Shown in pieces: positions 16,155 to 25,185 of a stretch of 39,939 nt of DNA; the first letter of the stretch is position 1, and every line of letters starts with the position of its first letter. A program made the position numbers and the translations under genes. The stretch lies in IMG/VR virus record IMGVR_UViG_3300022190_001504, positions 1 through 39,939 of that record; one strand, given 5' to 3'. This stretch comes from a virus (taxonomy: Duplodnaviria > Caudoviricetes). Under the pieces are notes generated by a model that did not search any database, was not told the origin of the DNA, and saw nothing but the letters and a program-made list of their open reading frames with translations.

Positions 16155-16814
16155 TCAGGCGTCGAGCCAGCGCCCCAGCGTCTGCCGTCTCTCAAGGTCT
16201 TGCAGTTCGGCTTGCTCCTCGCCCGTAAGGCCGACAGAGCCGTCCTCGTTGACCTTGATCTCCGGGGCCATGAGGTAGTGGCGCAGCTCTCGCAGGCGCT
16301 GCGAGAGACGCGCGCGGGCATCGTCCAGCGTCTCGTCTGCCAGCATCAGGTCTGCGAAGTGTGTCTCCGGCTCCGGATCGGGCGTCGGCTCCGGTATCGT
16401 CTCGAGCTCCGCGATGCGCCGGCGCAGGGCTTCGTTCTCGGCTGCAAGATCCACTGTCGGCGCGGGCTCTGGTTCGGGCTCTGGCGTCACGATGACAGGC
16501 GCGGGCTCTGGCTCCGCAGCGACGAACGCCACGAACTCTGCATCAGCCGTGACGCGCTCGATGGTCGCCACGGTCGATCCGTCTGCGGCCTTGGCGACAA
16601 CGCGGTAGCTGATCTGATCCCACAGGAACACGGGCGGGAACGAGCCATCCGACAGGGCCGCAACGAATGAGCCGTGGGAGAACTCGCGCGATGCGCTGCA
16701 CTCCGATGTGCGGTAGGCGTTGGCCGGCCACTGGTTCTTGTCGGCGTTGAAGAACTCCAGCCATGCGGCGGGGAATGGACAGGAGACAGTGCCGTCAGAT
16801 GCAAAGGCGGGCAT
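16155..16814 (-). CDS. Hypothetical protein downstream of tailspike
   Basis: AAGGA SD; beta-rich N-terminus, PE-repeat linkers, helical C-terminus. Confidence 0.7.
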   Translation of the reverse strand: MPAFASDGTVSCPFPAAWLEFFNADKNQWPANAYRTSECSASREFSHGSFVAALSDGSFPPVFLWDQISYRVVAKAADGSTVATIERVTADAEFVAFVAAEPEPAPVIVTPEPEPEPAPTVDLAAENEALRRRIAELETIPEPTPDPEPETHFADLMLADETLDDARARLSQRLRELRHYLMAPEIKVNEDGSVGLTGEEQAELQDLERRQTLGRWLDA

Positions 16815-16823
16815 GGAAAATCC

Positions 16824-18650
16824 TTACGTGAGGGTTATGCCAAGGGCGCCGGTTGTGTTGAACCGGAACAGACGCCCAACGCCTGTAATGCCCGTCGCCG
16901 CTGCGGCTTGATCCGCATAGGTCGGAACGTCTGCCAGTGCGAAAATGCTCTCGATGTTATCGCATCCAAGCGCCGAGACGATCTCGTTACTGTCGTCGGT
17001 GATCGTCGTCGCCTTGACGTTGGTAAGACGCACCTCGGTGCAGGCGTCGGTGACAAAGCGCAGGGTGTCGGAGCGATGCCCGCCGACGATCTGCAAACGG
17101 GGGACAGTGCTGGACGCCTCGGCAAGGCCAACGAATGTAAACGTCGCGCCAGATCCCGTGCCACCCGTGACCGAGGCAGGCTCTGTCGGGAAGGTCCAGT
17201 AGTTGCCCACGTTTGATACCGTGACAGTCGCCACAGCAGAGCCGCTGAGGGTCGCAACCGTGAGCGTTGCCGCCGTGGCTTTCGTCCCGCCGACAATCGT
17301 AAGCACGTCGCCAACGGTGTAGCCCGTACCGCCCGCCGAGACTGTCGCCGTTGATACCGAGCCGCTGTCCCAGGCCCTGACGTTGCCTTCGCAGCCATTG
17401 AGCTGCACGTCAGCCGAACGGAAGATGCTGATATCAACGTCAGTGTTCGACACGCACTGCATACCCGTGACCACGCAGCCGTTAGATGCGCTGTCGATTT
17501 CGATGCCGCGAACTGTGTTGGACGCCGCGTATCCGCCGAACACCTTGCCGTCGATGCTGTCGTAGAAATCGAGCCCGGAGATGCCGTTGCTGTTGAACGT
17601 GCCGCCGTGCGTCTCGCAGCGATCAGAGCCGTTGTGTTGCAAGCCGTGGCCCAGCGTGTTGGAATTGAACGTGCCGCCGTAGGTCTTGCTGTCGGGGCTA
17701 TCGATGATCTGGAGGCCCGCGCCGCCGTAGGTCGTGGAGTTGCCATACGCATAAACGCCATGCGACTCGAAACGATCCGAGGCCGATGCGACGAGGCCGC
17801 CATTGCGCGTGTTGGCTGTAAACCATGTTCCGAAATCGCGTGCATCCGTATGCGCAGACAGCACGTAGCCATCATAACAATCATCAAACCAGCAATTCGA
17901 AAATTGCCCATTTGAGCCCCCGCCGACAGAAGTAAATCCACCGCCGACCGGCGAGCCAGAGAAAAGGCCGCGCGCCCCTGTGACCTTGACCCTGTTCAAC
18001 CGCCAGCGCGAACAGCCACCCTCAAGGCGGATGCCGCCATGCGATCCGGAGCCGGTATTGTTGGCCCGGTTCATGTTGAGGGTGAAGTCCTCATAGATCA
18101 TGTCATCGCGGGCAGACGCATACAGCGCGTAATCGTTCAGGCTGTTTGCACGGTACAGGATCGTCGCACTCTGCCCCGCGCCGCTGAGACGATTGGAGCG
18201 CGTGTGCGTGATCTTGTTGATGTACGCCGTACCCTCGGGAAGCTGGACCCAGTAGTTAGCGTCAAGCGCTGCCTGTAGCGCCGTGGTGTTGGCGGTTGCG
18301 TCCGAGTTGCCGCCGCCGACCTTGAAGCCGTAGGCAGTCGCGTTGACGGGCTCTGCCAGGTCAGGCTCTGCGGGGACATAGACCGTGTCATACGTCACCG
18401 CCTCGGCAGCGTCCGTGATGGTGAACGCGTAAGGCAGCGACGGGCTGATGTAGACCACGCGCCCGGATGCGCCCAGCGTCACGGGGTTCGCCGCAGCCGT
18501 CGTCAGCGCGGCGTCGGTGTAGAACGTGCGGCGCGTTGCAGTCGGTGCGCCGGCAGAGGTCGGAACCCAGCCGTTGAGCTTGAACGATGACGCGACTGTG
18601 CCGTTGGCTGCGACAGCGGGGATAAACAGCGGGACGCCAGTTGCGGCCAT
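16824..18650 (-). CDS. Tailspike, right-handed beta-helix (pectate-lyase-like depolymerase)
   Basis: N-terminal particle-binding segment (FYTDAALTTAAANPVTL), YGFKVGG..DATANTTALQAALD, repeated N..GxxI beta-helix turns. Confidence 0.85.
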   Translation of the reverse strand: MAATGVPLFIPAVAANGTVASSFKLNGWVPTSAGAPTATRRTFYTDAALTTAAANPVTLGASGRVVYISPSLPYAFTITDAAEAVTYDTVYVPAEPDLAEPVNATAYGFKVGGGNSDATANTTALQAALDANYWVQLPEGTAYINKITHTRSNRLSGAGQSATILYRANSLNDYALYASARDDMIYEDFTLNMNRANNTGSGSHGGIRLEGGCSRWRLNRVKVTGARGLFSGSPVGGGFTSVGGGSNGQFSNCWFDDCYDGYVLSAHTDARDFGTWFTANTRNGGLVASASDRFESHGVYAYGNSTTYGGAGLQIIDSPDSKTYGGTFNSNTLGHGLQHNGSDRCETHGGTFNSNGISGLDFYDSIDGKVFGGYAASNTVRGIEIDSASNGCVVTGMQCVSNTDVDISIFRSADVQLNGCEGNVRAWDSGSVSTATVSAGGTGYTVGDVLTIVGGTKATAATLTVATLSGSAVATVTVSNVGNYWTFPTEPASVTGGTGSGATFTFVGLAEASSTVPRLQIVGGHRSDTLRFVTDACTEVRLTNVKATTITDDSNEIVSALGCDNIESIFALADVPTYADQAAAATGITGVGRLFRFNTTGALGITLT

Positions 18651-18667
18651 TGCTCAGGCTCCAATGC

Positions 18668-18690
18668 AAAAAACCCCGCGCGAAGCGGGG
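18668..18690 (-). terminator. Intrinsic terminator after ejection genes
   Basis: Minus strand CCCCGC-TTCGC-GCGGGG-TTTTTT. Confidence 0.8.
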
Positions 18691-18716
18691 CCGGGTCGTT
18701 TGTGGTGGGGGTGGGG

Positions 18717-21700
18717 TTAGGTTTCTGCGTCCGGTTCCATGATGACGATCAGGGAGCCGCCGCCGACTGCGGGAATGCCGTATTTCGTGACCTTGAACAC
18801 GCTCGGATCGCTTGGGCTTGCAACTATCGTCCCCGGCTTGGATTTAGGGCCAGCGGGGAACAGGACATTCTTGTTTTCGTCCCAAGTTGACGGGCGGAAG
18901 TTTGGGTTCTCCGCGACATCGTCTGGATTGGCGAGCCGCACGTTATAGCCGCGACGTTTCAAGGCCATGTAGATTTTGACCGCATCGCCAGAGACAAGGC
19001 TGTCAGAGTACATGGCGCGGCGAGACGCAGCGGCACGTTGCGCAAGGGCTTCGTACATCTTCACGCCAAGCCCCTGCCCGCGCATGTCGGCGTCAAGGCT
19101 CGACTCCTTCACGACATAGTCGCCGCGCTCGTTGAGGGTGAACGTGATTTCGCCATCACCGCGCTCTGACTTTATCGCAACGCGCCCGGTTCCTGATTTG
19201 TCGGATGGCATCTGAATGTCTACGCCATCAAACTCCGTCGCCATCGGCTTTGTGGCTTTCGTGTTTGCGATGAACGTGCTGGGCTTGCCCTTGCCCCCAA
19301 AGCCCTGCGCCTGCGGCCCGCCACCGATTGCGCCACGGTCGCCACCACGGAACATTGCACGGCCTGCAATGCCTCCGGTGAGCGCACCGCCTGCGCCGCC
19401 AAGCATCCGCTCTTGAGCATCGACAACGCCGTCGCCGTTCTGGTCGGGAGCGGTTGCCATGCCGATGGCTGCGCCGCCTGCGGCTCCTAGGGCTTCGGGG
19501 TTGCCGCGCATCATGGACGCGCCGTCAAAGCCTTCCAGCCCCGCTGCGAGTTCATCGATTGACATCTCATCTGGAGGAGTGATGCCCTTGGACTTCAGGA
19601 ACGCGATTTCATTCGCGAGCTCTTTTTCGACTTGCGATACTTGAACAGCGCGGAACTCTCTTTCTTTTGCTGTCTTGGCTTCTCCTAGTCGTCCCTGTTC
19701 GCGCGCCAAACGATCCTTAATCGCGTCCAGATGCTTGAAGGTGTACCCTTCGCCGGCAGTCGGGTTGCCTCCGAAGCCCGCCTGCTCTGGCCTGCGTGGA
19801 GTCAGCGCATTAGTCGGCGGTCCTGTCGGTGCAGGAGGCGGCTCCACGTTCAGCGCATTGCGTGGGGGGCGGTTGCTGAAGATACGATTGAGGCTTCCTG
19901 CAACGTCATCGCTGAGAAGCAGCTCGCCCATGATGTCGCGTTGAGCCTGGCTGTAAGCGCCAGAGCGCGACAGCGCGCCGAGAACAGCCGCAAGCGGGTT
20001 GGTCTTGAACGCCACGGCCTGCTGCGCAAGCTCTGCCGCCTGCTGTACGCCGCCGCCTTCGCCTAGAAGGGCCTGCGCGCTGACGGAGCCCACGTTCGGG
20101 CTGACGCGCTGCGCATTGGTCATGATGGCCGCGTCAGCCGCAAAGCGCGCCTGCAGCGCTTCGGCTGCTTCCCTGCCGAAAACGGCTTCCAGCTTCTTGC
20201 GCGCATCGGACGACATGAGCGCAGCCATCGCCGTCCGGCCGCTCTGCGTCTTCTTCATCATGTTCCGGATGACGCCGGCTTGCGTTGCCGTCAGTTGCTG
20301 GCCCGTCACTTCGCGGATCATGTTGCTGACTTCATCAGCGAGGAAATTGCCATCAAGCAGCTTCTGGCCCTGCTTGAACGCTTCCCGCATTTTGGGCGCT
20401 TCGCCGCCAAGTTGCCGCGCTTCGGCATAGCCTTTCATCAGGTCATCAAGTTCCGTGACCAGCGCGGCCCGTGCGCCTTCCAGCTTGCGGACCCGAATGT
20501 CATCCATCGTCGCGCCAGCCGCGATGAGCTGCTGTTCCTTGGCGTCGATATCGCGCTTGACCAGATCCCAATACTCGAAGTCACTGACCGCACGGCCTTC
20601 GTTCGCCTTGGTCGCGGCCCGGTATTCGTCCACCGCCTTGATGTGCGGCCCGATGCCTTCAATCTGGCTAAGGCGCTGGCTTTGCACGCTGCCTTCGGGG
20701 AACTGCTGTTTAAGCGCATCGTAAGCCGGTTTCGCCTGCTCTTGAGCAAGCGCAATCATGCGGTCAACGTCGCCCGTGATGGCTCCGGGGTTGAGGCCAG
20801 GCGCTGCCTGTCCGATATCCCGCTCGAGACGCCCCGCCCTGCCGCCGAGAAGCTGCTCGCCGCGCGCTAGGGCTGCTTCACCCGTGGCGCCCTGTTGACG
20901 CGACAGGTTCGCAGCCAGACCCACATTGCCTTGCGCGAGATCGACAATGGACGCGGGCTTGTCGCCATATCGGGCCGTCAGCGCTGCAATCCCTTGCTCC
21001 GCTGACTTGATGCCAGCGGGCGCAAGCGCGTTTCGAAGAACCTTGTAGGCGACACGCTGGTCATAGGCGGCGCGCTGGGCTGGCGGCATCGAAGCCCTTC
21101 TGCCTGATCGCCACGCCTGCCCTGCAAAGCGCGGCGCAAGCATACCGGCCACAGCGCCCGTCGCCGGATTGATGATGTCGGGGCCACCGCTTTCGTTGCC
21201 ATCTCCCGGCGCCGCAAGCGCGTCCCCGGCGCTGCCCGCAAACGCACCCACGCCACCGCCAACGATCCTGTCCGCATTGTTGCGCAGGAACCCGCTCGCC
21301 TTGGGCTCTGCGGGGGCGCTGAAGGGGGCGGGCTGCGGCTGGGGGGCTGCGGCTTGCGGAGCAGGCTTGCCCACGGGCGGGGCTCTGGTGGCCTGCATGG
21401 CTGCACGCTCGAGGTCGGCCACGTTGAGCGCAAGAGTGTTTTTCGGCACGTTGAGGCCGCGCGCCGCCATCGAGCCCGGAAGCATCTGCAAGGCCGCGAA
21501 GCTGCCGTCGATGGCAAGCTGTTGGGCGCCCTCGCCCGCTTTCGCCATGTCGCCTTCGATGAGGCCCGCGCCTGCCTGCTTCGCACCCTGATAGGCGCGT
21601 CCGAGGTCGTCAACGGGGCTGATGAAGTCCACGGCCTCGACAGCGCCGCGCAGCGGGTCGGCCTGCGTCGTGCGCGCCCAGCCTTCAAGGCCGCCGCCCG

Positions 21701-22061
21701 TGAGCCCTCTAACGGGAGCTTCTAGGCCGCGCGCCACGTCCGCAATCAGGCTGTTCGTGTTGCCTGTGTCAGCCATGCGCGGCTGCTGGGCCTGCGGACG
21801 GGCATACCCCGACTTGGCGAGCGGGTCAGCCACATAGCCCATTGCCGCCATGCGCTGCGGGTCTGCGGGCTTGGCATCGAACGCCGCGAAGCCGCCAGGA
21901 ATGGCTGCTGCGGCTTCCTCGATGATGGCGTCAGTCTCGGAACGGAGGGAAGGGGCGCCCGCTTTCGCCTCAAGCTCGCGCAGCCGCTTCATCTTGCGCA
22001 GCCGTTCGAGTTCGGCGCGGGGGTCTGGCGCCGTCTGCATCTGTGGCTCTTGTGGGGGCAT
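18717..22061 (-). CDS. Large DNA ejection protein (P22 gp16 position) with C-terminal GNAT acetyltransferase domain
   Basis: Third and largest of three Ala/Gly/Gln-rich helical ORFs; SLDADMRGQGLGVKMYEAL..SDSLVSGDAVKIY GNAT motifs. Confidence 0.8.
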   Translation of the reverse strand: MPPQEPQMQTAPDPRAELERLRKMKRLRELEAKAGAPSLRSETDAIIEEAAAAIPGGFAAFDAKPADPQRMAAMGYVADPLAKSGYARPQAQQPRMADTGNTNSLIADVARGLEAPVRGLTGGGLEGWARTTQADPLRGAVEAVDFISPVDDLGRAYQGAKQAGAGLIEGDMAKAGEGAQQLAIDGSFAALQMLPGSMAARGLNVPKNTLALNVADLERAAMQATRAPPVGKPAPQAAAPQPQPAPFSAPAEPKASGFLRNNADRIVGGGVGAFAGSAGDALAAPGDGNESGGPDIINPATGAVAGMLAPRFAGQAWRSGRRASMPPAQRAAYDQRVAYKVLRNALAPAGIKSAEQGIAALTARYGDKPASIVDLAQGNVGLAANLSRQQGATGEAALARGEQLLGGRAGRLERDIGQAAPGLNPGAITGDVDRMIALAQEQAKPAYDALKQQFPEGSVQSQRLSQIEGIGPHIKAVDEYRAATKANEGRAVSDFEYWDLVKRDIDAKEQQLIAAGATMDDIRVRKLEGARAALVTELDDLMKGYAEARQLGGEAPKMREAFKQGQKLLDGNFLADEVSNMIREVTGQQLTATQAGVIRNMMKKTQSGRTAMAALMSSDARKKLEAVFGREAAEALQARFAADAAIMTNAQRVSPNVGSVSAQALLGEGGGVQQAAELAQQAVAFKTNPLAAVLGALSRSGAYSQAQRDIMGELLLSDDVAGSLNRIFSNRPPRNALNVEPPPAPTGPPTNALTPRRPEQAGFGGNPTAGEGYTFKHLDAIKDRLAREQGRLGEAKTAKEREFRAVQVSQVEKELANEIAFLKSKGITPPDEMSIDELAAGLEGFDGASMMRGNPEALGAAGGAAIGMATAPDQNGDGVVDAQERMLGGAGGALTGGIAGRAMFRGGDRGAIGGGPQAQGFGGKGKPSTFIANTKATKPMATEFDGVDIQMPSDKSGTGRVAIKSERGDGEITFTLNERGDYVVKESSLDADMRGQGLGVKMYEALAQRAAASRRAMYSDSLVSGDAVKIYMALKRRGYNVRLANPDDVAENPNFRPSTWDENKNVLFPAGPKSKPGTIVASPSDPSVFKVTKYGIPAVGGGSLIVIMEPDAET

Positions 22062-23405
22062 CTATTGCATTCCCAGCTCTGCCCGCAGGGCTTCGAGTTC
22101 GGCTTGTTCTTCGGGGCTCAGGGCTCCTGCTGCTGGCGTCGGCTTGGCTAGAAGGAACGGCACGCCCACACGCGTCTTCTTCGCGTTAGGCCGCGCACGC
22201 TCAAGCAGATCTGTCGGTATCTGATTTCGTCCGCGCGAGATGTAATCTGTCAGCACGCTCAATTGCGCTTTAGCTGATGCGGCAGACTTTCCGAGGGCTT
22301 CGGAGCCGGTCACATCGGGAACAGCCGAGCTGATAATCTCGAGGTCAGGGCCGTTCAGCACGCCGAGGTTGAACAGTTCTTTAGCCTGGATGAGAATGGC
22401 GGTGCGAGCGGCGTCCAGTTGCTTGGCTTTTGGATTGTCGCCACCGATGCCGGTCGTCCAGAGCTGCGGCCCGGCAGCATCGATCAAGTCGATGTATGCC
22501 TTCAGAGCGCCATCGACTGCATCAAGCGTCTGGGCTTGCTGAATAAACTTGCTTTGCTGCGATGGCGTGTATTCGGATGCGGGCTTCGCGCCTGAGATAA
22601 CTTGGGGCTCGCCCGTGCGGTTGTTGATCTTGACGGCTGTACCATCCGGGATGCCCCACGCCTGCAAATCCTGCGCTGTAGCCGGGCGATATGTATCACC
22701 GCTTGCGCTAGGCGACTGGCTCCCGCGCGCAATCCGCGTCCGCATGTCCACATAGCCCGGAATAGGCTGCGGCGGTCCCTTGCCGTCTTCACCGCGCCAC
22801 ATCCCTTCGGGAAGGTTTTCTGGTTTAGCGTCCCCCGTGATGATCGGCTCATAAGTCACCGGATCATACGCCACGTTGCCAATGATGATCGGAGACTTGG
22901 ACGCACGCTCAATCGGATTGGACGCGATTATCTCATTGTTCGCGCCGCGCCGCTCTGCGCCAGATGCGAGCGTGTACGGCTCCGGCACGACAGGCCCAAT
23001 CCCCGCCTGCGCCGACAGCGCCGCGATCTGCCCGTCAAGCGCCTGGTCACTGAACTTCGTCACGTCCAGCGGCATCTGCGAGACGTCCTGCCCAATGATC
23101 TTCGAAATCGTCGGCGCGTTCTGCTGCCACCACTGGCCGCGCTGCGCTTCGGGAAGCGCGCGTTGCTGCTGCATGAGCGCGAGCGTCTGTTTCAGCTTGT
23201 CGCCTTCGGCAAGCTTCGCTTCGTCCTTGCCGGCCTTATAACCTGCGGGATCGAAGCTCTTGCGGAAGCTGTCCAGCCCGCCGCCGATGGCTTGCATGAG
23301 CGCATTCTTTGGCGGCTCGGGCAGCGCCATCTGCGGGTTCATGTTAAGCGCAGCCGACTGCATGGGCTTCTGAAGCATGCTTGCCGCAAGCGGGTTCTGG
23401 ATCAT
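22062..23405 (-). CDS. DNA ejection protein (P22 gp20 position)
   Basis: Synteny; Q/A-rich; KELFNLGVLNGPDL motif; start re-called at the ATGA overlap. Confidence 0.7.
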   Translation of the reverse strand: MIQNPLAASMLQKPMQSAALNMNPQMALPEPPKNALMQAIGGGLDSFRKSFDPAGYKAGKDEAKLAEGDKLKQTLALMQQQRALPEAQRGQWWQQNAPTISKIIGQDVSQMPLDVTKFSDQALDGQIAALSAQAGIGPVVPEPYTLASGAERRGANNEIIASNPIERASKSPIIIGNVAYDPVTYEPIITGDAKPENLPEGMWRGEDGKGPPQPIPGYVDMRTRIARGSQSPSASGDTYRPATAQDLQAWGIPDGTAVKINNRTGEPQVISGAKPASEYTPSQQSKFIQQAQTLDAVDGALKAYIDLIDAAGPQLWTTGIGGDNPKAKQLDAARTAILIQAKELFNLGVLNGPDLEIISSAVPDVTGSEALGKSAASAKAQLSVLTDYISRGRNQIPTDLLERARPNAKKTRVGVPFLLAKPTPAAGALSPEEQAELEALRAELGMQ

Positions 23406-24460
23406 GTCGTCCACCACTTGTTTTTATTGCCGTAGTCCACGATACCGCCGACAGCGTCGCTGATGCCGGTTCCATAGCCCTTGTATGCGGACGTGAGCGC
23501 ATTGGCCTTGGCGTTCCCGGCCTGCATCATCGCATTACCCGCGTTGACGCCGTAGTTGCCCGCAGCGTTGCTTGCGAGCTGCGAACTGGTCTGGTTCATG
23601 CCTGCCAAGTCAGCGAGCCGGTTCGTGTAGTCCCCAAACGCGCCGTAGGTGTTCCCGGCCAAGGTCTTCGCGTAGCGGCCCTCCGCAGCGCCGCTGATCG
23701 ACTTACCAGCCGCGCCGAGGTTGCCCTTGATCTGGTCAAACTGCTGGTCGTTGATCGTCGTTGCCAATTTGGCATAGGGCGAGGCGTAGAACTCCGCGAG
23801 CGGGTTGGACGCGCCGCCCTGCACCTGCTGCGCGCCGCCCGTGGGCATCGTGCCTTTCGTGTCGGTCGTTGACGCGAGCGTGCGGCCTTCGTTCTTGCCG
23901 AACTGGTTGTAGTGCCAGTTCGCGTATGCGTCCTGGTTGCCGCCGAACAGCGCCTTGATGTCAGGCTTGGCCCACTCGGCCTGAAGGTCAGGCTGCTGCA
24001 TGTAAGCAGCGTAGTTGAAGCCGCCCGGCGCTTCCGTGGCAACCGTCTTCCACTGGTCGCCGCCGTTGCGGATCATGCTGCCTATCATTGCGCCGGGAGC
24101 GCCGCCCAGAAGGTATCCAGCAGCAGTATTATTGCCGCCCCCGCCCGTGTGGCCTGCAACCTTCTGGCCCGCGCCCAGATTGGCTGACGTAAGCCCGCCC
24201 GAACTGTTCATCGCGCCGCCAAATGCCGCCTCGTAATTCTGCGGCGCGATGCCGAACAGCGCGGCCAGTTTGTTACTAGCAGCGCCACCAGTCATGTAGC
24301 CGGGCGAGGCAAGCCCGCGCTGGTCGAGGTAAATCTGCTTCTGAAGCGCGGTTGTCGCGTTCGCCGCGTCCTGTTGCGCGCCTGCTGCCGCCTGACCGCC
24401 CTGGCCTTGCAGGTATCCGCCCGCAAGGCTGGCGAATGCCGGAATTATGATTTCCCACAT
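23402..24460 (-). CDS. DNA ejection/pilot protein (P22 gp7-like)
   Basis: Hydrophobic N-terminus, AAAGAQQDAA..QKQIYLDQR..PGYMTG, Gly/Asn/Ala-rich C-terminus. Confidence 0.75.
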   Translation of the reverse strand: MWEIIIPAFASLAGGYLQGQGGQAAAGAQQDAANATTALQKQIYLDQRGLASPGYMTGGAASNKLAALFGIAPQNYEAAFGGAMNSSGGLTSANLGAGQKVAGHTGGGGNNTAAGYLLGGAPGAMIGSMIRNGGDQWKTVATEAPGGFNYAAYMQQPDLQAEWAKPDIKALFGGNQDAYANWHYNQFGKNEGRTLASTTDTKGTMPTGGAQQVQGGASNPLAEFYASPYAKLATTINDQQFDQIKGNLGAAGKSISGAAEGRYAKTLAGNTYGAFGDYTNRLADLAGMNQTSSQLASNAAGNYGVNAGNAMMQAGNAKANALTSAYKGYGTGISDAVGGIVDYGNKNKWWTT

Positions 24461-24462
24461 GG

Positions 24463-25185
24463 TTATGCCGTCCAGACTACAGACATTGACCCGGAAAGGC
24501 CGGGCGCCGTTATCTCGTTCGTTCCGCTCGCGCGCTGTATCTCGAGCCTGATGTCCACCTGCGCGCCCTCGTTCGCCGGAATGAGAACTGCGGTCAGGGG
24601 CAGGCCTGTGAATGAGGTCGTCCAGAATGGACCGATGGTGAACGGTATTCCCGCCTCGCTCTCCTCAACAGCCGCCGCGTAATCCACCGTAAATGTCCCG
24701 CTATCGAGCGTGTATTCCGTGCCGCCGCTTGTCAGCTCTTCCCTGATGCGCCAGTTGCCCGCAAAGCTGGTGTCAACCGTTCCGTCGTCGCTCAGGCCGC
24801 CAGATATGGTGCCGTCAATGTAAGCCGTGATGCTGTAATCACCGCCCGCGCCGGTCGGGGTTAGCGTGACGGTCGCAATCGTGACCCACGTCGCGCCGCT
24901 CGAGACGCCGCCCGAGAACGCCACGGCGTTTGAGGTCATGGCCGCACCACCGCCCGCCGCAGCCTGCACCGCAGCGTCATTGACGATCCGCGCCGCACGT
25001 TCCGCCGCAAGCGCCGCCTCTGCCGCCGCCTGCTGTTGAGCCAGGAGCGCCACGCCGCTGTTGACGTTGCTCGAGAACTTCACTCCGCCCGTCAGGTACT
25101 TGTACCACTCGTTAGTCAGCCGCCCCTCTTTATCGACCAGAGGCACGCCGACAGATGGCGGTTTAGGCGCCCGCTCAACCATCAC
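24463..25185 (-). CDS. Tail needle-like protein (gp26 position)
   Basis: PLVDKEGRLTNEWYKYL N-terminus, short coiled coil, beta-rich C-terminal domain. Confidence 0.55.
   Translation of the reverse strand: MMVERAPKPPSVGVPLVDKEGRLTNEWYKYLTGGVKFSSNVNSGVALLAQQQAAAEAALAAERAARIVNDAAVQAAAGGGAAMTSNAVAFSGGVSSGATWVTIATVTLTPTGAGGDYSITAYIDGTISGGLSDDGTVDTSFAGNWRIREELTSGGTEYTLDSGTFTVDYAAAVEESEAGIPFTIGPFWTTSFTGLPLTAVLIPANEGAQVDIRLEIQRASGTNEITAPGLSGSMSVVWTA

Noticed and set aside
16824-18650. Diversity-generating retroelement or invertible tail cassette
   Set aside because: No reverse transcriptase, invertase or TR/VR repeat pair seen
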